A stretch of DNA of 64,000 nt from Pseudomonadota bacterium (GCA_043825875.1 JBDRRF010000109.1:1-64000), one strand, 5' to 3'. Shown: positions 10,167 to 21,339, counted from the stretch's first letter. The notes: generated by a model not told the origin, from the sequence alone. Translations and numbers: made by a program.

Positions 10167-10931
10167 TTATTGTAGCGCATAAAGGGGAGACCTGCCCCTT
10201 ATTTCAGCGATTTTAATAATCTCTTTTCTTCGTAAACCAAGCATCTGTTCCATTATCTTAGGAGAAGATATCCCAAGTCGTTGAGAAATTTCTTTAACAG
10301 ATAATTTTTCCTGTTCTAAAAGCAATAAAATCTGCTGAAGAGCAATTTCCTCAATAACGACACCATCTACCATTCTTTTGAGTTCTTGATCGGTAAATAC
10401 TTCGCCATATTTGTTTCCATCTTTTCTGAATTCTGTCTGTTTGGCTGCAACCCATCTTAACTTCTCACTGCTAACTGCATTTTTAGCGGCTTTAAGTTTA
10501 AGCGACAAATTTCCATTATTGTTTTTCGCATCTTCGTCTAAAGGCCCCAGTTCTCTTAATTGATTGGTAAAATCGGTTACCAGTTGAGCAAAACGTGGGC
10601 CCTCTGCGGCAGATACCCATTCAAGCAGAAGTCTGTTCGGATTTATTCCAATATGGCTTATGATACTTTTTGCTACATCCACCATATTGATTGCTTCTTC
10701 ATTACCAGACTGGTAATGGCATTCTCCGAGATGTCAGCCGCCGACCCAGATACCGTCACAACCGACAAGAAAGCCCTCAATTATAAATTCCGGGTCTACT
10801 CTTCCGGTGCACATAACCCTGACCACTTTCATATTGGGAGGATATTGAATTCGGGAAACTCCTGCCAGATCACCTCCGGCATAAGCACACCAGTTACATA
10901 AAATACCGAGAATCTTCGGTTCAAAACTCAT
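10167..10931 (-). CDS. mvhD: selenocysteine-containing MvhD/BamF-like 2Fe-2S protein with C-terminal HTH-like extension (254 aa)
   Basis: ORFs 10734-10931 and 10167-10685 are in frame across UGA (10734-10736): WVGG-U-HLGECHY aligns with LVSG-C-HPGDCHY of paralog 15539-15985. Confidence 0.92.
10700..10718 (-). promoter_or_regulatory. bacterial SECIS-like hairpin (mvhD)
   Basis: mRNA CAUUACCA-GUC-UGGUAAUG, a perfect 8-bp stem starting 16 nt after the UGA; the loop starts with G. Confidence 0.75.
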
Positions 10932-10943
10932 ATATAAACCTCT

Positions 10944-13900
10944 CTACGCATCACTCGTTGCTAAAGAAAACGCATCAATCTGAGCGATGATCTGTTCATT
11001 TGTAAATCTTCCCATAGTGATTGCCTGTCTGGGACACTTGGAAGCACAAATACCACAACCCTTACAGGATGCTGAAATACTTTGAGCCTTATCTTCACCT
11101 TCAACAGATGTCACCTTGATTGAACCATAAGGACATAAATATTCACATATTCCGCAGCCAAAGCATTTTTTGGAATCAACAATACTTACAACAGGCTCAA
11201 CCATTACATAGCCCCTGGTTAACGGGATTGCCGCACGGGCTGCCGCTGCCTGAGCCTGAGCAATAGTCTCGTCTATAGGCTTGGGAGAGTGAGCAAGGCC
11301 TGCTACAAAAATTCCATCGGTCGGAAAATCAACCGGACGAAGCTTGACATGGGCTTCCAGGAAAAAGCCTTCGACATTTAAAGGAACTTTTAGTAATTTC
11401 GAAATACTTTCATTGTCTCCCGGAACAACTCCCGCACTTAAAGCCAGGAGGGAAGGAGAGATTAAGATATTTTCTCCTAATATAGGATCAAAAACCTCAA
11501 CTCTTAATTCGCCGTTTTCTTCTTTTACAACCGGCAAAGTGTCGTCATCATATCTGATAAAGATTATACCTTCGTTTCTGGCCTTTCGATAATACTCTTC
11601 GCGGAAACCATATGCCCTGATGTCTTTATAGAGTATATAAACATTGGCATTGGGCTTTATCGACTTTATTTTCAGGGCGTTTTTTATTGCCTGACTACAG
11701 CATATCTTACTGCAATAAGGCCTTTCCTTGGTCCTTGAACCAACGCATTGAATCATTACTACATCTTTAAGTTCATCAGAAATAAAATTTCTTGAGGCCA
11801 GTTTTTCTTCCAGGCTGTGCTGTGTGATTACTCTTTCATCCTCACCATACAAATATTCTTTTGGTTCGTATTCATGGGCTCCGGTAGCCACGATAATTAC
11901 ACCGTGAGAAACTGTTTTTTCTTCTTTACCGGCAGAAAACCTGGTTATAAAATTGCCGATATAACCTGTTACTTCCTTTATATCCGCTTCGGTAAAAACT
12001 TTTATCTTTGAATGGCTTGTAACTTTTTCAATGGTATCTCTTAACAGTTTCTGGGGGTCATTATCACTTAAAGTATAGAAGATTCCCTGCAGATTGCCGC
12101 CAAGCGTTTTGTTTTTTTCCAGCAATACGCAATCCAATCCCTGGTCGGCCAGAGAAAGTGCCGCCGTCATTCCTGACAATCCTCCTCCGATTACCAGAGC
12201 CTTTGGTGTTACAGGGACAGACTCTTCTTTTAAAGGAGATAACAGCCTTGCTTTAGCTACTCCCATCCTTAACAAATCCATGGCTTTTTCAGTTGCCAAA
12301 CGGGGTTCATTGGCATGTACCCAGGAACAATGGTCACGGATATTGGCCATTTCAAAAAGGCAGCGGTTCAATCCGGCCTCTCTTATGGTCTCCTGGAAAA
12401 GAGGCTCATGAGTACGTGGAGTGCAGGCCGCCACTACCACCCGGTTTAAATTTTGTTCTTTTATTATCTGTTTTATTTTATCCTGGTTGTCCTTGGAACA
12501 GGCATACATGGATTGCTCGGCATATACTACATCCGGCAAAGTCTCTACATATTCCCTTATTTTTGTTACATCGGCAACCCCTGCTATATTGACTCCGCAG
12601 TGGCAGACAAAAACCCCTATGCGCGGGTCTTCTCCGGCTAAATCAGTTTCGGCAATACATTCTTTTTCCTCAACCAGCGTGCCCCTGACTTCAGATAAAA
12701 GCCCTGAAGCCAATGCAACCGATCCGCTCGCCTGGATAACGCTTTCCGGGATATCCTTGGGTGACTGAAATGCGCCGGCAACAAAGATCCCTTCCCGGTT
12801 GGTGTTTATGGGAGAAAACTCATTGGTTTGACAGAAACCTTCATTATTAAGCTTAACGCCTAATGTATCGGCTAATTCTTTTGCTGTTCTTGAAGGCTCA
12901 AGTCCAACAGATAAAACGGCCATATCAAATTCTTCTGTGTGATGTTTACCGTCTTCTGTAACAAACTTAAACAAGAGGTTTTCAGACTCATGTATTCTTT
13001 CCATTGAGGCCAGACGGCTTCTTACAAATTTAATGCCGAATTTGGTTTTTGCTCTTTCATAGAAACTTTCAAAGCCTTTACCCTGGGTTCTTATATCCAT
13101 ATAAAATATGGTGATATCAACATCCGGATCATGTTCTTTGGCAACCATTGCTTCTTTAACGGCATAGGTACAACAAACGGAAGAACAATAGGAGTTTGTT
13201 TCAATATCCCGGCTTCCGACACACTGCAGGAAAGCAATTTTTTTCGGATGCTTTCTGTCAGACAGGCGCGTTATTTTACCAAGAAAAGGCCCGGATGCGG
13301 AAAGCATTCTTTCAAGTTCTATGCTTGTAACTACATTAGGATATTCACCATAGCCATATGCTTTTTTTCTTCTTGCATCAAATTCATCAAAACCAATGGC
13401 AAGAATAATTGAACCTACCTGTATATCAATATGTTCTTCCTGCTGGTTAAGCTTTATCGCCTTAAGATCCTTGCAGGCCTGCTCGCACTGGCGGCATTCA
13501 TTTTTTGTCTGAAAAAGGCAATATTTGGGATCTATCACATATGAAGCCGGAACCGCCTGCGGATAAGGAATATAAAGGCATTTGTTATTAACCAGTTTTT
13601 CATTATATGAATCAGGCATCTCTACCGGACAATAGCTAACACATGTACCGCAGGCAGTACATAAGTCTTCATCCACATATCGCGGTCTTTTAAGAACGGT
13701 TACATTATAATTTCCAGCCTGTCCTGTTAAAGCTTCAACTTTGGCGTTTGCTATAATTTTGATGTTGCTATATCTTCCAGACTCCACGAGTTTGGGAGAT
13801 AAAATTCACATAGCACAGTCAAGGGTAGGAAAGGTTTTATCAAGCTGAGCCATGGCTCCACCGATGGCCGGGCTGCTTTCAACCAAATAAACCATATAGC

Positions 13901-13997
13901 CCTGTTCAGCAAGATCAAGAGAAGCCTGGATACCGGTAATCCCTCCGCCCACTACCATAACAGCACCGATCTTTTCAATATTCGAACTCATAATCAT
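10944..13997 (-). CDS. hdrA: selenocysteine-containing heterodisulfide reductase subunit A-like (HdrA/BamE-type, ~1017 aa)
   Basis: ORFs 13806-13997 and 10944-13787 join in frame across UGA (13806-13808): DKTFPTLDCAM-U-ILSPKL vs DKTFPTNDCSM-C-ILSPKL in the paralog. Two QCVGSR...CS..CC modules and ferredoxin motifs. Confidence 0.93.
13771..13801 (-). promoter_or_regulatory. bacterial SECIS-like hairpin (hdrA)
   Basis: mRNA UAUCU-C-CCA-A-ACUC-GUG-GAGU-C-UGG-A-AGAUA just 3' of the UGA, with a GUG loop; not evident at the equivalent position of the Cys paralog. Confidence 0.7.
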
Positions 13998-14003
13998 TCT
14001 TCC

Positions 14004-14474
14004 TTAACATTTATCGGAAATTTGTTTCACTAACTCTTTTGGATCAATATTAAAGTCTTCTGATTTTCTTTTAACAATAGAGATAACCAGCTGATGTCGA
14101 AGATCCTGAGAAAACCTGTCAATATCATCCATATTTTTTAAAAAAGAAGGTTTGACATATCCTTCTTGTGCCGCCATTTCCCTTAAAACCCCCATAACTT
14201 TAACAAACTGTACGTTCTGGGGGCAATGAAAAGAACAATTATAACACATGGCGCAAAGCCATATAAGATCAGAGGAAAGTACTTTTTCCTTCATTCCCAG
14301 AAGCACCATGCGAATGATCTTTCGGGGATCATACGCCGGATCAACCTCAGATACCGGACAGCCGCCGGTGCAGGCTCCACAGGCAAAACATGCTGTGAGT
14401 CCGCTGCCACCCGGATGGGCCGCTACGTCAAACTTAAACTGAGAGTCAAGTTTATTGAGCTCTATTGCTTCCAC
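14004..14474 (-). CDS. hdrC: heterodisulfide reductase subunit C-like (2x4Fe-4S)
   Basis: CFACGACTGGCP, DPRKIIR and IWLCAMCYNCSFHCP motifs. Confidence 0.88.
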   Translation of the reverse strand: MEAIELNKLDSQFKFDVAAHPGGSGLTACFACGACTGGCPVSEVDPAYDPRKIIRMVLLGMKEKVLSSDLIWLCAMCYNCSFHCPQNVQFVKVMGVLREMAAQEGYVKPSFLKNMDDIDRFSQDLRHQLVISIVKRKSEDFNIDPKELVKQISDKC

Positions 14475-14555
14475 TTATCTACCCCTTTCTTAATATTGAT
14501 CAGGTAATTCTCTTAAGCGGGCCAATTTGAAAACTGGCCCGTTTAATAATTGGCT

Positions 14556-15509
14556 CTATTGTTTAATAAAATCATCAGTATCATCAGGCCTGAAAACTGA
14601 AAGCGGCGGAGGTTCATCAAGATTAATACCTGCCTCAAAGTCAAACAGTTCTCTTACATCCTTTTCAACTTTTTTGTTGAGAAACCTCAAGTCCACTTCC
14701 ATAGGGCAGGCCCGCACACAGGCCCCGCAGTCAACGCAGCGACCGGCTACATGAAATGCCCGCATAATATGAAACACTTGAGCATCAGAAAGAGCTACGG
14801 ATTTTCCGAACCATTGAGGTTGTGAGCTGTCTACACAGCATTCCTTACAGTAACAAAGCGGACAGGCATTACGGCAGGCATAGCACCTTATGCATTTGCC
14901 TATCTCTTTGGAAAAATAATCCCATCTTTCATCAGATGTCTTTGCTTCATCTTCTTTTGTTTTTTTAAATTCATCCGAGTCTTTGTTTTCTTCAACAGCT
15001 TCTCCGATTAAAACATCATACAAAACCGGGTTCCTATGGGAACAGGTAATACAGTTATCAGGTAAAAGTTCTTTCTTTGCTATCGTTTCCTCGAAATTAT
15101 CACCTTTGAAAATGATCTCATCCGGTTTTTCTTCAATAGCTGTGATTTCTCGACCGGCGATTACGTTGTCCACTGATTTCCGATCCAGCATTCCATGGCA
15201 GGGAACGCCGATTATTATCAGGTTTTCCCGCTCAATTTGTTTTTCCTTGATATGTCCGACCAGAGAACGACTGTCGCAGCCTTTTGCAATAATTCCGATC
15301 TTTCCCTTCATACCCGGAATATATGTAGCAAGGTTATTTTCACAACCGCTGTTCCAGATTAGTTTTTTTGCATCTTCGGCGTTTTTCACAAAACAAGGTG
15401 CAGACCTTAGCGGAAGAGTTCCTTTTTCATACCCTATTACAAGGTCAACTTTTTCTTCCTCAAATAACTTTCGAACAGCTTCTTTTATTTCTTTTAATAG
15501 TTGTTCCAT
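14556..15509 (-). CDS. FlxC/FdhB(FrhB)-like 4Fe-4S protein
   Basis: KGCDSR, GVPC, CIRCYACRNACPLCYC and RAFHVAGRCVDCGACVRACP motifs. Confidence 0.82.
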   Translation of the reverse strand: MEQLLKEIKEAVRKLFEEEKVDLVIGYEKGTLPLRSAPCFVKNAEDAKKLIWNSGCENNLATYIPGMKGKIGIIAKGCDSRSLVGHIKEKQIERENLIIIGVPCHGMLDRKSVDNVIAGREITAIEEKPDEIIFKGDNFEETIAKKELLPDNCITCSHRNPVLYDVLIGEAVEENKDSDEFKKTKEDEAKTSDERWDYFSKEIGKCIRCYACRNACPLCYCKECCVDSSQPQWFGKSVALSDAQVFHIMRAFHVAGRCVDCGACVRACPMEVDLRFLNKKVEKDVRELFDFEAGINLDEPPPLSVFRPDDTDDFIKQ

Positions 15510-15538
15510 CTATTCAATCCGATTCTTAACTACTATGT

Positions 15539-15985
15539 TTAACCTAAATTTTTAACCAGGCGTTTTGCCGGACCCAGTTTTTTTACATCTTCAGTTACCT
15601 CGGTAATAACTTCTGCAAACCGGCCTGCTTCGGCTGCCGAAACCCATGAGAATTGCACTCTTCCTTTTTCAATTCCGACATGTCCAAGAAGTCGACTCAA
15701 AACCGCAAACTTTCTCCGGGCTGAAAAATTGCCGCTCAGATAATGGCAATCTCCCGGATGGCAGCCAGAAACTAAGACTCCGTCAACCCCATGTTGCAAT
15801 GCCTTCAATATATAAAGAATATTGACTCTGCCCGAACAGGGAACCCGGATTGTACGAGTATTAGCAGGGTATTGAATACGACTTACGCCGGCAAGATCTG
15901 CTCCGGCATAACTGCACCAGTTACAAAGAAATGTTATTATTTTTGGTTCCCAATTTGATTCAGATGATTCTTTTCCTTCTTCCAT
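15539..15985 (-). CDS. mvhD: MvhD/FlxD 2Fe-2S subunit (Cys form)
   Basis: CNWCSYAGAD, RVPCSGRV, GCHPGDCHY and WVSAAE motifs. Confidence 0.92.
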   Translation of the reverse strand: MEEGKESSESNWEPKIITFLCNWCSYAGADLAGVSRIQYPANTRTIRVPCSGRVNILYILKALQHGVDGVLVSGCHPGDCHYLSGNFSARRKFAVLSRLLGHVGIEKGRVQFSWVSAAEAGRFAEVITEVTEDVKKLGPAKRLVKNLG

Positions 15986-15994
15986 CTCTTCTCC

Positions 15995-18900
15995 TTATAA
16001 GGAATCAATCATGCTTACTACTTGACTATTAGTAAATCCATACAGGTTGATCGCACCGGATTTACAGGAAGCCGAGCATATGCCACAGCCTTTGCACAAA
16101 GCATCATTAACCACAGCTATATGCTGTTGTTCATCAAGAGCTACCGCCCCGAAAGGACAGACATTTGTGCATTCTCCGCAACCGATACATTTATTTTTAT
16201 TAACAAAAGAAATAGCGCCCGGAAGTTGTACTATTTTTCTGGATAGCACCATACCTGCACGTGAAGCGGCTGCCTGGGCCTGAGCAATGCTTTCTTCTAT
16301 CAGTTTCGGATTGTGAGCAAGACCGCACATAAAAACGCCATCAGTGGCAAATTCGACCGGTCTAAGTTTCATATGTGCTTCAAGGAAGAACTTATCTTCA
16401 TTTAAAGGCACTTTAAAAAACTGCGAAAGCTCTTTGTTTGTGGAAGGCGGTGTAGTTGCAATAGCAAGTGCAAGAAGATCGGCATCGATTACTATCTGTT
16501 CTCCCAAAAGAGGATCTTTTACAGTGACTCTGAGGCCGTCTTTGCCATTTTCTTTAAAAGGAACTACTTCAGGTTTGGCGTCAGGTTCGTAATGAATAAA
16601 GAGTATGCCTTTTTCCCTTGCTTCGCGGTAGAAATCTTCCTTTAATCCGTAGGTTCTGATATCTCTATAAAGAATATATATATTTGCTTCCGGATTAGTG
16701 TTTTTTAATAAAATTGCGTTTTTAATTGCTTCGGAGCAACATACCCGGCTACAGTAAGGTCTTTCTTCATCCCGTGATCCTACACATTGTATCATAACCA
16801 GATTCTTGCAATCTTTGATTTTTTTGGATTGCTTTATAATCTCGGATTCAAGATCAAGCAAAGAAAGTACTTTGCTGTTTTTTTTGTAAAAGTATTCGTT
16901 GGTTTTTAGCTCCTCAGCACCTGTAGCTATAACTACGGCTCCATGCTTTATCTCTGTAATTTCCTTTTTCGGGCCAACTTTTATTTTTGTTACAAAGTTG
17001 CCTATATATCCGGAGCTTTCAGCAATGGAAGCCTTGGTATAAACATTAAGCAGGGGATGATTGTTAACCTTTTCTATCAATTCATTCAGGTAGGCCTGAA
17101 CATCGCCGCCTTCAAGGGTATAATGGATCTTTTTTGCCATACCGCCAAGTTTCATACCCTTTTCAACCAGACTGACGCTAAATCCCTGTTCTGCAAGATT
17201 AAGAGCGCTTACCATTCCGGCAATTCCGCCACCGACCACAAGTGCAGCAGGAACGGTCTCAAGAGAAATCATCTTCAGCGGTTCAAGGCCTCTTACTTTG
17301 GCTACAGCCATTCTGACCAGATCTTTAGCCTTATTAGTTGCTTCTTCCGGGTGTTGCTGATGGACCCAGCTGCATTGATCGCGGATGTTAGCCATTTCAA
17401 ACAGATATTTGTTCAAGCCCTGTTCCTGCATGGTCTCCTGGAAAAGCGGTTCATGTGTTCTTGGAGTACATGACGCAACTATTACCCGGTTAAGGCTGTG
17501 CTCTTGTATCTTTTCCTTTATAAGTTCCTGGGTATCTTGCGAACAGGTATAAAGATTCTCATCAACATAAATTACATTAGGCAATGATCTCGCATATTCC
17601 TTAACACCAGGGACATCAACCACGCCGCCAATATTGATGCCGCAATGGCAGACAAAAACGCCTATCCTGGGCGGTTCGCCGGTTATGTTAATTTCAGGAG
17701 GAAATTCCTTAATCTTGACGAGTTCTCCGCGGGATTCGGAAAGAAAAGCTGCTGATGCAGCGGCAGCGCCGCTTGCCTGCATAACAGTTTCAGGAATGTC
17801 TTTAGGTCCTTCAAATGCACCGCAAACATATATTCCGGGCTTGGAGGTGTTTACCGGCGTAAAATTATCTGTTTTGCAGAATTCATAGTGATCCAGATCT
17901 ATTCCCAGTCTTTTTGACATTTCAATTACAGCAGGTTTTGGTTTCATTCCAACAGAAAGAACAATCATATCAAATTCTTCAAATTTAAGATCACCTTCTT
18001 CTGTTACATACCTGAGCTCAAGATTTTCTGTATCTCCTATCTCCTGTATGCCATAGACCTTTGATTTTATAAAATTGATACCATGTTCATTCTTGGCCCG
18101 TTCATAGTATTTGTCAAAGCCTTTGCCATAACTTCTCATGTCCATATACATGATGCTTATGTCCAGAGGCTCAGGGCTGTGCTCTTTAGCAATAACAGCC
18201 TCTTTAATGGCATACATGCAGCAAACGGATGAGCAATAGCCGCTGTTGCATGTCACGTCCCTGGAACCTACACATTGAATCCATGCAATTTTATGAGGCG
18301 TTTTTAAGTCAGACGGCCTCGACAGATGACCTTTATAGGGTCCCGAAGCCGATAAAATTCTTTCAAATTCAATGCTTGTAACAACATTGGGATATTTGCC
18401 GTATCCATATTGAGAGATTAAACTTGTATACCCGCCAAATTTGGCAAGCTTATCGGCAGACGGATCAAAACAATCAAAACCGGGGCTTAAAATGATAGAA
18501 CCCACATTTATTTCAACTATCTCTTCGGTCATCTCATGGTTTACGGCTTCAGCTTTACAGGCGGCAACACATTGCATGCACTCAGAGCATATTCCGCAGT
18601 TTAAGCAGCGGTTTGCTTCATTTATTGCCTCTTCTTCAACATATCCAAGTTCTACTTCCTTAAAACCTTCTTTCCTGTTTTCTAATGGAAGTGCGGCCAT
18701 AGTCTGGCGGGGAGCTTTGGGCTTTGGCATAAGCGGACTGTCTTCGGCTTGAACTTTGCTTATTTCTTTTTCCCTGCCCGCTTTCATATCTTCTTTTTGC
18801 AAATATCTGTCAATTGATACGGCTGCTTTCTTGCCAGCAGCTACAGCTTCAATAGCTATCCAGGGCCCACTCACACAATCGCCACCTGCAAAAACCCCAT

Positions 18901-20485
18901 CCATATCGGTGGCAAGCGTCACAGGATCAGCAGCAACCTTTTTCCCGGATATTTGTACTCCACTGTTTTCTTCTATCATCGAAAGGTCGGAAGCCTGGCC
19001 TATAGCCGGAATAACCATATCAATTTCGATGTCAAATTCAGAGCCTTCAATTATCACAGGCCGTCTTCTGCCGCTGGCATCCGGACTGCCCAATTTCATT
19101 TTTTGGCAACGAAGGGTTGTGGCCCTGTTATTATCGGAAAGTATTTCAAGAGGTGCTGTAAGGAACTGAATATTGATTCCTTCCGAAATGGCACTTTCTA
19201 TTTCTTCAGGATTTGCGGGCATTTCTTTTCTGGAACGACGATATATTATAGATACTTCTGTTGCACCTATTCTTATAGCCGAGCGCGCAGCATCAATTGC
19301 AACATCACCTCCGCCGATAACTGCTACCCTTTTGCCTGTATCAACTTTATTTTTCAGGTTGACGTTTCTTAAAAAGTCTACTCCGGAAATCACCCCTTCA
19401 CAATCTTCTCCGACAATCCCCAGTGAAACGTTTTTATGACAACCGGTAGCAATAAATACTGCCTTATATCCTTTTTCCAAAAGCCCACTAATGGAATGAT
19501 CCTTGCCAATGGGTGAATTTGTTTTTATCTCAACGCCCATCTTTTCTATATATTTTATCTCTTTTTCAAGGACATCAGGAGGCAAGCGATAATCAGGAAT
19601 ACCAACTCTCAGCATTCCGCCAGCTACGGGCAGTGCTTCAAAAATGGTAACCTGGTATCCCTTAAGAGCAAGAAAATAAGCACAGGTCAGACCGGAAGGC
19701 CCTGATCCTATAATTGCCACCTTTTCTTCTTTTTTTTCAGAAACAAAAGGGATATCTATGTCTTCGCCAAGTTTATCGGCAAGGAACCTCTTTAAATTGC
19801 ATATTGCAATAGGTTCATCTATCATTCCTCTTTTGCAGGCCGACTCACAGGGATGAGGACATATTCTTCCGATTACTCCGGGAAGGGGCAGATTTTCTTT
19901 AATCAGATCAAGTGCTTCTTTGTATTTTCCCTGTGACAGTAGAGCAACATATCCCTGAACATTTATTCCGGCCGGACATGCGTCTCTACAGGGCGCCTTA
20001 GCAATTTTTTCAATCGTAAAAACATTCGGAACAGCCTGGGGATAAGGTCTGCTGACAGCCTTTCTTGACACCATACCTTCATCAAACTCACTGGGAAGTG
20101 ATACAGGACATACTTGCGTACACTCTCCGCAGCCAGTACATTTATCAGGATCAATATATACCGGGCGCCTTTTGATTTTTACCTTAAAATTTCCAGGATC
20201 ACCCTCTACGCTTTGAATTTCCGAACAGGTTAATATGTCGATATTTAGGTGTCTGCCACTTTCAACCAACTTGGGGGAGAGAATACACATGGAGCAATCA
20301 TTGGTTGGAAAAGTTTTATCCAATCGCGCCATTACTCCCCCGATTGCGGGAGTCTCTTCCGCCAGATAGACAAAATAACCTGATTCCGCTAGATCAAGGG
20401 AAGCCTGAATGCCGCCCACTCCACCACCAACAACCAAAACCGACCCAATTTTATGATTCTCTTCTTTCAATTCAATAGTATCCAT
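15995..20485 (-). CDS. hdrA: large HdrA (HdrL-type) with inserted GltD/NfnB-like NAD(P)H-binding domain
   Basis: DKTFPTNDCSMC; inserted CRDACPAG...GRICPHPCE...GSGPSG...GGGDVA...FAGGD block; two QCVGSRD modules; C-terminal ferredoxin. Confidence 0.92.
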   Translation of the reverse strand: MDTIELKEENHKIGSVLVVGGGVGGIQASLDLAESGYFVYLAEETPAIGGVMARLDKTFPTNDCSMCILSPKLVESGRHLNIDILTCSEIQSVEGDPGNFKVKIKRRPVYIDPDKCTGCGECTQVCPVSLPSEFDEGMVSRKAVSRPYPQAVPNVFTIEKIAKAPCRDACPAGINVQGYVALLSQGKYKEALDLIKENLPLPGVIGRICPHPCESACKRGMIDEPIAICNLKRFLADKLGEDIDIPFVSEKKEEKVAIIGSGPSGLTCAYFLALKGYQVTIFEALPVAGGMLRVGIPDYRLPPDVLEKEIKYIEKMGVEIKTNSPIGKDHSISGLLEKGYKAVFIATGCHKNVSLGIVGEDCEGVISGVDFLRNVNLKNKVDTGKRVAVIGGGDVAIDAARSAIRIGATEVSIIYRRSRKEMPANPEEIESAISEGINIQFLTAPLEILSDNNRATTLRCQKMKLGSPDASGRRRPVIIEGSEFDIEIDMVIPAIGQASDLSMIEENSGVQISGKKVAADPVTLATDMDGVFAGGDCVSGPWIAIEAVAAGKKAAVSIDRYLQKEDMKAGREKEISKVQAEDSPLMPKPKAPRQTMAALPLENRKEGFKEVELGYVEEEAINEANRCLNCGICSECMQCVAACKAEAVNHEMTEEIVEINVGSIILSPGFDCFDPSADKLAKFGGYTSLISQYGYGKYPNVVTSIEFERILSASGPYKGHLSRPSDLKTPHKIAWIQCVGSRDVTCNSGYCSSVCCMYAIKEAVIAKEHSPEPLDISIMYMDMRSYGKGFDKYYERAKNEHGINFIKSKVYGIQEIGDTENLELRYVTEEGDLKFEEFDMIVLSVGMKPKPAVIEMSKRLGIDLDHYEFCKTDNFTPVNTSKPGIYVCGAFEGPKDIPETVMQASGAAAASAAFLSESRGELVKIKEFPPEINITGEPPRIGVFVCHCGINIGGVVDVPGVKEYARSLPNVIYVDENLYTCSQDTQELIKEKIQEHSLNRVIVASCTPRTHEPLFQETMQEQGLNKYLFEMANIRDQCSWVHQQHPEEATNKAKDLVRMAVAKVRGLEPLKMISLETVPAALVVGGGIAGMVSALNLAEQGFSVSLVEKGMKLGGMAKKIHYTLEGGDVQAYLNELIEKVNNHPLLNVYTKASIAESSGYIGNFVTKIKVGPKKEITEIKHGAVVIATGAEELKTNEYFYKKNSKVLSLLDLESEIIKQSKKIKDCKNLVMIQCVGSRDEERPYCSRVCCSEAIKNAILLKNTNPEANIYILYRDIRTYGLKEDFYREAREKGILFIHYEPDAKPEVVPFKENGKDGLRVTVKDPLLGEQIVIDADLLALAIATTPPSTNKELSQFFKVPLNEDKFFLEAHMKLRPVEFATDGVFMCGLAHNPKLIEESIAQAQAAASRAGMVLSRKIVQLPGAISFVNKNKCIGCGECTNVCPFGAVALDEQQHIAVVNDALCKGCGICSASCKSGAINLYGFTNSQVVSMIDSL

Positions 20486-20799
20486 ATAATATTTTCCAGT
20501 CGGGCAGGAAATTATTCATAACCTTATTAATAACTAAGGTATTTTTAATAATTATAATCATGTTCCCCAACCCTCTAATACTAAAATTTAATCGGCAAGC
20601 TTTCTCACATTCCAAGCTGTGACCATCTCACATTATAAGAGTAGCAATTAAATATAATTTACAGCGTTTGTCAAAATAAATTTTTCTGTTCCCAGCAATA
20701 AAAAAAGCTTTTTTTATGTTATAACAATAAAAAAAGCTTTTTTTAATAGGTCAATGATCCTTCAAACAGAATGTATATATTACATACGTAATAACAAGA

Positions 20800-21186
20800 T
20801 CAAACCTCTACTATAGATAAAGCACCATGGTTACAAATTTGAACACAATGGGGATCTGCGGGCTCTCCGCAAAGATCGCATTTTAAAGCCACGCCCGTAT
20901 CAGGTTCTCTGAACCATGTCCTTCGGGGACAAGAAGCTCTACAGACTGCACATTCATCAAATTCTTTTCCGTCAATAATTACATCATACTTGCAGGTGCA
21001 TTCCGCCTCTGTAAAAGGCCCGGCTATTACAGGGAAGAATCGGTTGGCCTCTTCATCTATATACACCCTTATTCTTGATAATGCCGGGTTTACCAAGTTT
21101 TCATAGTGATTGGAAGAACATGCCGTCTCACAGTGCCGGCATCCTGTACATTTGCTATGATCAATTTTTATCCTGATCTTGTCCAT
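20800..21186 (-). CDS. BamC-like 4Fe-4S electron-transfer subunit
   Basis: IIDGKEFDECAVCRASCPRRTWFREPDTGVALKCDLC closely resembles, from memory, the IIDGKEYDECxFCRASCPSRDLFREPDSGLPLKCDLC signature of class II benzoyl-CoA reductase BamC; the BamC C-terminal tail is absent. Confidence 0.8.
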   Translation of the reverse strand: MDKIRIKIDHSKCTGCRHCETACSSNHYENLVNPALSRIRVYIDEEANRFFPVIAGPFTEAECTCKYDVIIDGKEFDECAVCRASCPRRTWFREPDTGVALKCDLCGEPADPHCVQICNHGALSIVEV

Positions 21187-21339
21187 TTGGTTCTCCTTTA
21201 TTCAGTTGAATTGCAAAATCCATAAAAAATCGGACTTATCGCGGATTTAAGCAAAAAACTCTTTTCTATCCTTATTAACTAAATTTTACAGCAATTACGC
21301 TGGAAACCAGTTGCCGTTAACCAAGCAAGCATAAATAAA

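Noticed and set aside
10734..13997. hdrA and mvhD as pseudogenes or four separate ORFs
   Set aside because: The stops are UGA at conserved Cys positions, in frame, with SECIS-like hairpins; Sec read-through explains them better.
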